DNA of 64,000 nucleotides from Pocillopora damicornis (taxonomy: Eukaryota). Under the pieces are notes generated by a model that was not told where the DNA came from, ran no database searches, and saw only the letters and a list, made by a program, of their open reading frames with translations. This document shows positions 38,701 through 45,978 of this stretch, in pieces (the stretch's first letter is position 1; each line of letters opens with the position of its first letter). The stretch covers positions 372,001 to 436,000 of the forward strand of contig NW_020846727.1 of the NCBI RefSeq assembly GCF_003704095.1, written 5' to 3'. The position numbers and the translations under genes were made by a program.

Positions 38701-41700
38701 GATAGCAGTTTTTGTTCTTCCTGTGAATTCCTCCATCAATCCTCTTCTTTACACATTTTCTACAACCGCCTCCAGGAAAAAGTTGAAAACTCTGACGGGA
38801 ACGATGAGCTCATTTATAAGAAGAACTCATTCTTCAGGTGAGGCGATTTCATGAATTCAAACGACTGTTTTCTGTTATCGTTTTCTTCATCTCAATGTTC
38901 TGTGATCATATGGAAACGTTTGGGGATTTAGTGAACTTAGATCGAAATAAAGATTATTTCATTGTTTCGTGTTTTTGGTTAATAGCGTCCTCCCTGGTGA
39001 CGAAATCGTGAAGTTAAGGGACGAACTTTCTTTTCGATAAAAGAAAGTTTATCGGAAAACTCAGCTATGAACTTTAGGGTTAACTCAAATATCCCTATCA
39101 AGCACCCATATGAAGAAAAGAAAAACGCCTTTTGTTGAGAAAATCATCCTGAATTGTGTAGACTACAGCCTGACAGTGGTTCACTTCAGTAGCAGATATG
39201 CACGATGAAAGGGTTTTTTTTCAGTGTTAATGCTAAGTTTGATTGGACTATAAACGATTGAATGGGTTAATGTAGATCGGAATTTGGAGATTTTCGCGAA
39301 ATTTACTTTCGTTTGACACGAAAAACACGTCTCCTATTTTCGAGAAATAGAGTTATGTAAAAATGAGTTACATTGCATTACTTCACTTTTTATATGTCCA
39401 GACTTCTTACACAAAGTCTTGGTCTGGTTTCCGGAAAAAAATCTAATCGATTTTAACACGGTGCTATTGGAATCAAATAGCAGCAAAATACATATACAGT
39501 TGAGTTATGATTAAAAATTTAAACTTCATAATAATCCTTTCTACAGGAGGACGAGGAAGATTAGATACACACCTTGATATAACATTGTCAACCGTGACTC
39601 CTAACTTGCCTGACAGAAAAACAGCCATTGGAAAGACTGACGTGAAGATTATTGAATTTTGTGACATATTTAATGACTGCAGCTCCAATCAGTCTATGGT
39701 AAGTATTTAACCTGACATATCCACAGCCAAGTGAACGCATATTTGTATTTGTGAGAGCCTTGCCAGCTTGTTCTCCTAACAACAGATTTATACCCCATTC
39801 ACACCAAAGCTTGGTCTCTCAAAGTCCAACCCTACGTCCCCGTCTTGAGAGACTGGGGCGCAGCCAATCCTCTGTGTAGTGGATACAGTGGTAAGGTAAG
39901 GTAAACTTTATTTTACCATGGTGGCCCAATGAGCCGTAAGGCTGATATCCAGAGCGCCCCTGGAGTAAAAGGAATAGTAATTTAAAAATAGAGGATGTAA
40001 TAATTTAAAAATACAAAATGTTAAAAATTGTGAGTATTCATCAAAAATTTAAAGGAAGAAAGTGACTCCGCGTTCTGAGTATAACGAAGCAACAAATTAA
40101 AAAGGGCTGTGCCCAAATATTTAAAAGTTCGTTTCCCAAGGCTTAGGTTTGGTTTGGGCATCTTCTGCGAGTGTCATAGCTATGTACATTGTAGTCTCTA
40201 ACAAAATAGGTACATAAATACTGAGGTACTAGCTTATTTAAGCATTTATAAACTAAAACACATTTGTGTCTTTTCCGTTTCATTTCTAACTCAGCCACCC
40301 TAAAACATTAAAAGTGTCTTTAGTGGAGTCACACCTAAAAACTATGCAAGCAGCACGATTTTTTAACCGTTCAAGGGTTTTGCTGGGGGTGGATGACAGT
40401 TCACCTCATGTAGTGTTGGTATAACACAGGATTAGCTCGATAAGGGTATTATAGGCGCACATCGCTGCCTTAAGAGTAAGGCAAGGTCTTATCCATGCTA
40501 AAAGTCCCAAACGCTTGTTGACTTTGTTACAAATAGAGTCGGTATGCTCTTTTCAGTGAAGCTGTTCATCGAGACCTCAAGATAATCGATATATGTCCTT
40601 GCCTTGGATCTGCAGAATAAAGTCTGATGAGTTTTGCAATAGTTGCTTTGTTCCAAAGAGTAGGCCTTTCGCTTTGATCAAATTAGTCTTAGTATTAGTC
40701 TGCTTCTCATCAACCACTGGTCGACTCGTTTGAGGTCTTGTAGATTTTCTCTGATGATGTTGATATCGAACCCAGTATAATAGATCACTTCGTCATCGGC
40801 ATACATACTTATCGCCGAGTGTAGCAAACATTGAAGGAGGTCGTTTATGTATATCACAAATGGCAATGATTCCAGTAAGAAAACTTGAGGAACGCCGAAG
40901 TCTAGTGGATTACAGTAGGATTGATTAATTCCAGAACAAGCGACTTGAGAGGAAAAGGTTGCCTATTAGTCAAGGGATGACGCAGCGCAGACAGAGCAGA
41001 CTGGACCCTATGCAGTCGACACCTTTTCTCTCTCCTAAGTCCACGTTCACATTCGGAACTTGGAATGTAAGAACTATGTTCTAACGAGAAAGGACAATTA
41101 TTGTTGTAAATGAAATGAAGAGATACGGTCTGTCAATTCTTGGACTTCGTAAAACAAGATGAACATCATGTAGGGAAGTGAAAATGGCAGATGGCACTAC
41201 CATCCTACACTCAAGGAACCAAGACGACGGAGCTCCTGACACGAAAGGCGTTGCCTTCATGATAACACTATATGCGTAAAGCCATGATCTCTTCGGAACC
41301 AATCATCTCAAGACGTATTACAGCCTACTTCAGGACCACACACAAGAAGATAAGATCATGGATAATACAATGCTATGTACCAAACAAATGGTGCCGAGGA
41401 TGACGATAAGGACAACTTGTACAACTTACTGAGGCAGGTGATCAGCAAGTCAGAAGAGAAGGAAATGACGACGCCGGTTATGGAAGTAGCAGCAGAGGAC
41501 AGGTGAACAGGCGATGGGCAGTGTGGGATATGAACAAGAATGGAGAACGATTATCTGATTTCTGTGCTGATTTCGGGAGGGTAATAGGGGGAGAATTTTT
41601 CCCCTCAAAAGCGCACAAACTCACTTAGGTCTCACCTAACAACACCGCAGAGAACCAAATCGCAAATGTGGAAGTGTGGGAGGAAGAACATCTGCCTCAG

Positions 41701-44700
41701 GAATGGTATAGAAGCTACATCGCGAAGCTCTACAAGAAAGGCAATCTCCGGGACTGTAAAAACCATCAAGGGATGTCACTGATGTTAGTAACTAGAAAGA
41801 TATTTAACCGAATCATGTTATTGCGACTCCAAGAAGCAGGTGATGCCAAACTACGAGATAAGCAGGCTTGATTTAGGAGAGGAAGATCTTGGACTGACCA
41901 AATAGCTACATTACGACATTACGTATTATCATCGAGCTGTCAATCGGATAGAATACACCGCTATAAATTAACAACAATGACTTTGAAAATGCTTTCGATG
42001 GCCTCGACAGAAAATCTATTTGGCGACTAACGAAACATTACGAGGGAATCAACTCATGGAAAGAGTAACGGTATCCAATGGACACTGTGGCAACAAACAG
42101 ACAAAGTCGACTTTGCCGACGATATTGCTCTTCTCTCCAGTACCAAATAACAAATGCGAGACAAGACAACTCTTTCAAAAAATGCCAGCAAGCTAGGACT
42201 ACGACCAAATGTAATGAAAACCCAGATATTGAAGAGCAACTGCAACAACAAGACATCTATCACTATCAGGGACAACACCTAGGAGGATTCTTCATCCCTT
42301 GTCTAAATTGAGATTACTGTGAGCAGATTTGGTGGGACAGACAGGACAACAAATGCTAGGATAGTTTTAACATTTTGAAGAAGTATGTTCAGCCCACACA
42401 ATGAGAAGTAAACCCAAACTGAGAATATTTAATTCAAATGTGGAGTCTGTTCTGCCCTACGGGTCCGAAACCTGGAGAGCGGCGAAGAAATCCACCAAAA
42501 ATTACAGAAATTCGTCAATCATTGTCTCAGACGCATCTTAAAAGTCAGATGGTCAGATAGGATATCCAATTAAGTGCTGGGGGAAAGAACAGGAAAATAG
42601 CCAATTGAAAATCAGATTTTCAAGAAAAAATGTAAATGGAGGGTATACCCTAAGGGAGTATGCAAACAACATCACGAGGCAAGCAGTAAAATGGAACCCA
42701 CTAGGAAAATAGGTCGCCCCAAGATCACATTTACAAGAGATATAGAGTCAGACATGAAAAGATAGAACTACATATGGCACCAGCTGGAAACGGCAGCCTC
42801 TGACAGAAGTAGATGGAGGACGTAAATCATCAATGGCCTACGCTCCACCAAGCCAAAAGTTAAACTAAAAGCACCAAAGTTTGGAAATGTTTTAAATCTG
42901 TTTCTTGAACTCGGCTTAATTTTTTTTTGACAAAAGCTGCTTAAACCAAGTTTGTTGACTTCAAATTCAAGTTAGTGTCTATTTGAAACCTCTGAAAAAT
43001 TCAGTTCTCTCTTTTTGATTTTCATTCATCTAAACCTGGTTTAACTAGACATGTTCTGCTGGTGTAAATGGGGTTTTAAAATCCTGTAAGTTACATTTAG
43101 TCACAAACCCTCAGGTTCCAAGTTTTCCGGCTACCTTAAGTCTTAGCCGACTGCACTTTCATATGACTCACATGTATGCCATCAGATATTGGTTAGAACT
43201 AACCAGTTATATAACCTTTGTGCACAGGGATATGCTACTTGCTGGGTGGAAAAAGACAGTTTGGAAATGTGCCTTTTGAAGTACTTTACAAGATCCAAAG
43301 AGAAAGACTGGAAAAACGAAATTGAAATTTTAAAAGAAATAGCTAAAAATGGTGCACATGACAACCTGATTGCATTCCGCTGGCATTCAGAAGGTAAGTC
43401 CATTTTGATATCATTATTAGCTCGTTGGAAATCAAATAAGGCGATGCAATTGTTGTGCTATTTTTTCATTTCAGTGTGTGATGTCAACATTGGTTTTCAA
43501 AAGACCAAGCTACCATCCATAAAGAACGCTAGCTTGTAAGTAGTAAATTAAACTGCCCAAAACTTTTCTAAATTGTTTGAAACTATAATTCCTCGAAACA
43601 AACCAAAAATCGAAAAAAGAAAATCAAAAGAAAAAGAAAATAGGTCCTTTTTGAAATTAAGAAGTTAATATGCTAGGAGCTATCGCTGAGCCAAAAATGT
43701 CTTAAAGCTGGCTTTAGCTATTTCAAAATTAACAGGTTTTTCTTTGTAGGTTAATTTGCTTTGCCTTTGTGTCAAGCACCTCATTGAGCGATTTCCTTGA
43801 CGAAGGTGTTGGAAGATGTGAACCAACAATTACCCAACTACTGATTGTACTTTTGGATGTTGTCAAGGCTGTTGAACACCTTCACAAAACAGGAATATGT
43901 CATAATAATATTTCTCCGTCCAACGTACTCGTTTCCTTCAATGAAGGGGTAAGCTTACCTTAGCTACGCAAGTCGATAAGATACAAGCTGAAGTTGATTC
44001 GATACACCTAGAAAGTTGATTCGATACACCTAGAAAGTCCTTTGGATACAACTACAGTCATTTCGATACAATTTAGTAACGGAGTAATTGGATTTTTCAT
44101 GAGACTTCCGTTTTGTTTACACCGTAATGAAGCGGTATCAGTATGCCAATCTGCTCATTTCTTAGAAACCTACTTAATAGTAACCCATACTCATTTAACA
44201 CTGTTCATATCACGGCTCTAAATGATTTGACGGGTTGGCGAGCGGCCTCTGCCTCTGATTGCCTCAATGAGCACATTTGATCAATAAATTCATCCGTCAT
44301 GCATTTCCATACCTGAGAGATGATGTATTCAGTGAATGACACAGATATAATCGGAGGAAGAAACCTTCGAGTGCTCCCAATAGGAGTGGAACCAAGGACC
44401 ATCTGGTTGGTTCTTCAGATGCTCTACCACTGAACTATAGGAGACTCATGGCAGGCTAAGCCGTTTAGCTAAGTCCATGGTGACGAACTTACTGTCCACT
44501 GCTAGAATGGGAATGTTAAATGTAATGCTTTTGCGCAATGATGATGAAAATAGAATTGGTAAATGTTAAGCTTAGGTCTCTTTACAAGCACTAGACACTT
44601 CTCACGTTGTCTTAACGCAAACTTCCTCTGACTTTTAGGTTCGACCAGTGAAAGGAGTACTTGGAAACTTTGGACGAGCCTTTTTGCTTAAACAAAATGA

Positions 44701-44968
44701 CAACTCTTCCTTTTTGCGCCAAGAAGATCTTCGACAATTTCGCAAATTGATGGAAACAGTTGTTGGTTACAGCAATTCTGCACGGAAAACAAATGAGGTA
44801 AGTGTAGCAGTGAATAAACAAAGAATCGAAAGTATCTCATTGTTGATGGAAAAATGTTCTCACTCTTCATTGGGGAATTGTAGATCAAGGAGATTCTTGC
44901 ACTGTGCAAGGGCAACGAGGACGACACACGAGACGCCACACATATCCGGGAAACACTTCAAAGAATAA
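5307..44968 (+). CDS. Giant multi-exon LGR type-C (RXFP/GRL101-like) GPCR with mosaic ectodomain and C-terminal pseudokinase domain (~56 coding exons, ~3,300 aa)
   Basis: Hand-traced exons with compatible phases: 5307-5385, 5669-5710, 7484-7609, 13137-13393, 14366-14453, 14851-15231, 15680-16093, 16388-16494, 16587-16875, 17757-17947, 18307-18485, 18564-18739, 18948-19034, 19307-19482, 20048-20120, ~20207-20338, 20432-20682, 20780-20888, 21167-21388, 21660-21782, 21936-22013, 22175-22312, 22389-22639, 22789-22888, 23242-23328, 24065-24306, 24713-24812, 25163-25524, 26214-26355, 26453-26649, 27112-27240, 27952-28093, 28645-28950, 29368-29508, 29597-29834, 30241-30383, 30767-30997, 31587-31837, 32387-32495, 32793-33134, 33395-33430, 33640-33748, eight 72-nt LRR exons within 33912-37091, 37801-38837, 39547-39698, 43228-43393, 43475-43535, 43750-43948, 44639-44968. 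No in-frame stop is needed. The first two exons and the exact 3' end are least certain. Confidence 0.8.
7484..14453 (+). CDS. MAM domain 1 (exons 7484-7609, 13137-13393, 14366-14453)
   Basis: NCTFERDLCGWTN..DDLDWIRYRGSSPTKLTGPSRDF / GHYIYI..ARLKSP..QCMTFYYNFYG..VWIKSGHWGDRW / IIVEGVRG..GDAALDQF..GSC match the MAM consensus. A 5.5-kb TE-filled intron splits the domain. Confidence 0.9.
7644..7697 (+). repeat. 27-bp tandem duplication
   Basis: gtaatagataactgtactcgagtgaat x2. Confidence 0.85.
7770..8290 (-). mobile_element. Tandem pair of tRNA-derived SINE-like repeats
   Basis: Two degenerate copies of ..ccaatagg.(c)tcgaacc...gaccttcc(g)atta...gatgct..accact...tgctag.a...gaatgtcgaat.tgatgc. Reverse-complement B-box (GGTTCGA). 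Same family as 11640-12200 and 44330-44572. Confidence 0.65.
8400..9222 (+). mobile_element. Degenerate BEL/Pao LTR-retrotransposon fragments (protease and integrase pieces)
   Basis: FLAFRTVLVVLRNEDRKIKVNALLDEDS resembles the BEL/Pao aspartic protease. 9060-9222 reads, with frameshifts, PGEMSSDNG.NFVAA.K.L and NPPQAPNF.GV (integrase). Confidence 0.7.
10424..11546 (+). mobile_element. Young Gypsy-type LTR retrotransposon with 97-bp LTRs; internal region collapsed into an N gap
   Basis: LTRs 10424-10520 and 11450-11546 (TGTTG...CAACA, 2 mismatches). 5-bp TSD CAGTT at 10419-10423 and 11547-11551. PBS TGGTGGCAGCGGTGGGAT at 10521, PPT AAAAAAGGGGAAA at 11437-11449. Gag start at 10595 and integrase C-terminus LLAYRSTPL..FSPAQLLMGRKLR..TPRSY..VRRNR ending at 11359. 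Confidence 0.95.
11640..12200 (-). mobile_element. Tandem pair of the same SINE-like family, with a 24-bp internal duplication
   Basis: gactcgaacccacgaccttccgatc..ggatgctctacca..gtgacaaacgt.c.gc.tactgc motifs occur twice; tcaaacctaggatcttccaatttg is repeated at 11691-11738. Confidence 0.65.
15680..16093 (+). CDS. C-type lectin-like domain exon
   Basis: CYPGWKAVGSTCLRF..TWDGARAFC..LGGDLA..YVGF..WIWNDG..CGAL..DC....GFICE; single phase 1-1 exon. Confidence 0.9.
17757..18739 (+). CDS. PA14-like domain exons (17757-17947, 18307-18485, 18564-18739)
   Basis: RELWY..DNYGERLTAYLKVPKSGNYTLSLSCGDECELW..VYL....LYALQVYMK....CLSVG..EPI resembles the PA14 pattern (YG.R...Y..P..G.YTF....DD..ELW). Confidence 0.7.
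20432..24812 (+). CDS. Divergent MAM 2, LDL-receptor class A repeats (2 canonical plus 1 degenerate), MAM 3 and MAM 4
   Basis: MAM 2: IESPLL..GLCLRFKF..LIWKLRGHQG..IVVDNITI. LDLa: CSPNDYQCDNGEC..SQRCDNDVNCMDGSDEKGC and C....LSC....CVP...LCNGFDDCSDGKDE. MAM 3: CSFENGFCG..TGPSYDHT..YIYIEAS..ARL..CLQFWYHMFG..GDIAIDDI. MAM 4: CYFDDKICNW..ITSP..CMRFWY..IDIDDV. Confidence 0.9.
23776..23970. mobile_element. ~195-bp MITE-like element
   Basis: Imperfect terminal inverted repeats ttagtatatactaaaa (23776-23791) and ttttagtgaatactaa (23955-23970). Confidence 0.6.
24390..24600 (+). mobile_element. Penelope-like retroelement fragment (RT C-terminal/linker region)
   Basis: ENKYLDRVFSKNNYNEDFI....TTETIPYIRGISENIS...QPFN resembles the E..L..VF..N.Y..FI / TIPY..G.SE.I motif between RT and GIY-YIG. 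Intronic. Confidence 0.65.
25163..28093 (+). CDS. Two F5/8 type C (discoidin) domains
   Basis: Domain 1: PLGMQNGRI..SAITASS..RARL..QWLQVDFG..VATQG..WVTKY..IFDGNFD..AQFVRIYP..CLRVEYYGC. Domain 2: PLGMQNGQIP..RARL..QWLQIDLG..TQGR..ARFLRIHP..LRIEIYGC. Confidence 0.93.
28645..28950 (+). CDS. WSC-like cysteine-rich module exon
   Basis: GCYKD...R......C.......VFSVQNGGQC.....YNRYGKSTQC...GRGGPWANQVY follows the WSC-type GCY.D..Q.G..C..GG..AN.VY pattern; phase 1-1 exon. Confidence 0.75.
29597..30997 (+). CDS. Pentraxin/LamG-like domain (exons 29597-29834, 30241-30383, 30767-30997)
   Basis: AMTVCYWL..WHHVCASWSSQLGFWKIYKDG..LTGVNMWDHNL...EVYRLS..C....GNILRW, including the pentraxin HxCxxW signature. 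Confidence 0.88.
30418..30469 (+). repeat. 13-bp tandem repeat x4 (gtgccacagctga)
   Basis: gtgccacagctga gtgcgacagctga gtgccacagctga gtgccacagctga is directly visible. Confidence 0.9.
32793..33134 (+). CDS. CUB domain exon
   Basis: C..TL..SSGFILSPYYPGFY..NSSCNWLITAP..HVIRL...DFQLE....C..DHLEV.DG.......GRYCG..IP....S..N.L.I.FRSD......GF. Confidence 0.95.
33640..37091 (+). CDS. LRR N-cap plus eight leucine-rich repeats, each on a 72-nt phase-2 exon
   Basis: CPSGCSC cap at 33640-33748. Exons 33912-33983, 34277-34348, 34694-34765, 35100-35171, 35503-35574, 36185-36256, 36591-36662 and 37020-37091 each encode xLxxNxIxxI.xxxFxxLxxLxxL. Confidence 0.93.
34938..34963 (+). repeat. (GTAC)n palindromic microsatellite
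   Basis: gtacgtacgtacgtacgtacgtacg in an LRR intron. Confidence 0.9.
36331..36458. repeat. Palindromic (hairpin) MITE-like repeat
   Basis: gtccaattcggtctgtaatcatacgagtgctaacaaaatcgg pairs imperfectly with ccgatttgtttatcacccgtatcattacaaaccgaattggac around a short loop. Confidence 0.7.
37801..38837 (+). CDS. Hinge plus rhodopsin-class 7TM domain, LGR type C (relaxin receptor/GRL101-like)
   Basis: CCY..QC..P.DGFSSCDDLM hinge, GN in TM1, NLAISDFLMGIYL in TM2, SSEVSV..L..I..DR in TM3, FYGRSAVCLPL in ECL2, TDFFCWIP in TM6 and LPVNSSINPLLYT in TM7. Donor G|gtgagg at 38837. Confidence 0.96.
39547..44968 (+). CDS. Cytoplasmic protein-kinase-like (pseudokinase) domain exons fused to the GPCR
   Basis: Exons 39547-39698, 43228-43393, 43475-43535, 43750-43948 and 44639-44968 give CLLK (beta3), DWKNEIEILKEI (alphaC), HDNLI, SLSDFL, LDVVKAVEHLHKTGICHNNISPSNVLV (catalytic loop), GVLGNFGRA (DFG position), EDLRQF (alphaF position) and ISLLMEKC (alphaH-like). 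Confidence 0.82.
40020..40930 (-). mobile_element. Decayed non-LTR (CR1/L2-like) reverse transcriptase fragment
   Basis: Minus-strand GVPQ..PFVIYINDLLQCL.HS.ISMYADD..IY and downstream HTDSICNKVNKRLGLL.WI, with many stops. Confidence 0.7.
40940..42850 (+). mobile_element. Decayed RTE-like LINE (AP endonuclease and RT remnants)
   Basis: TFGTWNVRTM and KGVAFM in the endonuclease region. VWEEEHLPQEW...IAKLYKKGNLRDCKNH.G, LRDKQA*FRRGRS.TDQI, DFADDIAL and LPYGSETW in the RT region. Frameshifts and internal deletions throughout. Confidence 0.8.
43991..44037 (+). repeat. 22-bp tandem duplication
   Basis: aagttgattcgatacacctaga x2. Confidence 0.85.
44330..44572 (-). mobile_element. SINE-like repeat in a pseudokinase intron
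   Basis: cgagtgctcccaataggagtggaaccaaggacc..gatgctctaccactgaactataggagactc..gtgacgaac..tgctagaatgggaatg, the same family as the copies above. Confidence 0.7.
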
Positions 44969-45978
44969 GTAGCTCCCTAAAGGATAGTGCGAGGTTCTAA
45001 CACAGCCAAGCATCGCAACGACAAAATTGTACCTACAGTTGCATCTAAATGAGAATCTCACAATGCATGCATGTATTAAACATGATTTGTTTTCATGTAA
45101 TGACGTAACTAGTAATATTTCTACAGTCGAAAGGAACCATATACTTTTTTCAACCTTTATACACTATTATGTTGGATTGTAGATTAGTCGCATTTTTTTC
45201 CAGTAATTCCTGTAGTTACACACAGGATACGTGTTTACGCAAGGCAGTCAAAATTATCCAGACAACGCCGATTATTTCACTCTTTTGATCTTAAATACTC
45301 AATTGAGTATGTTACCTAAGAACCCAAGTTTTAAGCAAAATAATAGATCTTGGTTTATTAGATACTGCACAGGGAAGTTTGTTGAGAAGACGTTTAACCT
45401 TTTGACTGATTATTATTATTATCATTATCATTATTATTTTTTTTAGTTGACTTCTGATTGCGCCAAGCCAATCACTGGGTCGAGTCTGTCGACCTCGTTC
45501 TGATTTGTCTGACAAATAAAGGTCTATATCGGACAAATATCTCCGGTTGTGTTGAATGACTTTTCATTCAAAGAGATAATAATAGAACGAATGAAATTTA
45601 TCTCCGAAAATTCTTTGAGGGGGAAACGAAGAGAGGAGATATCGTAGTTGCGAAATTTACCCATAAAACCTTGATAACCTGGTAAGAAATTACCCGACAC
45701 GACTATGAGGACTAGGTTGTTTAAACCGGGATAATTTACCCTGCATCTTTACCCCAACATCTTTTTTATGACTTCTTCGTCGATTTACATTACATTTTTT
45801 TTTAATAAAAAGATACTATCTTTCTATTTGTGGTATTATCGAGTCATAAAAATTCAACCAAAACTGCGGCTTCAAAATGTACCACACTATAAAACCTTTG
45901 TGTATATTGCAGGAGTCTGTTGCTCTCAGCAGGTTTAAAAACGTTTTTCAGAAAAGTTCCGTGTAAAAATTATTCAAA

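Noticed and set aside
37805-38854. Treating the 349-aa ORF as a standalone single-exon GPCR
   Set aside because: It begins mid-hinge right after an acceptor (ag at 37800) in phase with the last LRR exon, so it is an internal exon.
44797-45700. Further spliced kinase exons after the strong donor at 44797
   Set aside because: No convincing downstream exon was found, while read-through gives an alphaH-like ISLLMEKC and a stop at 44968. Unresolved without RNA data.
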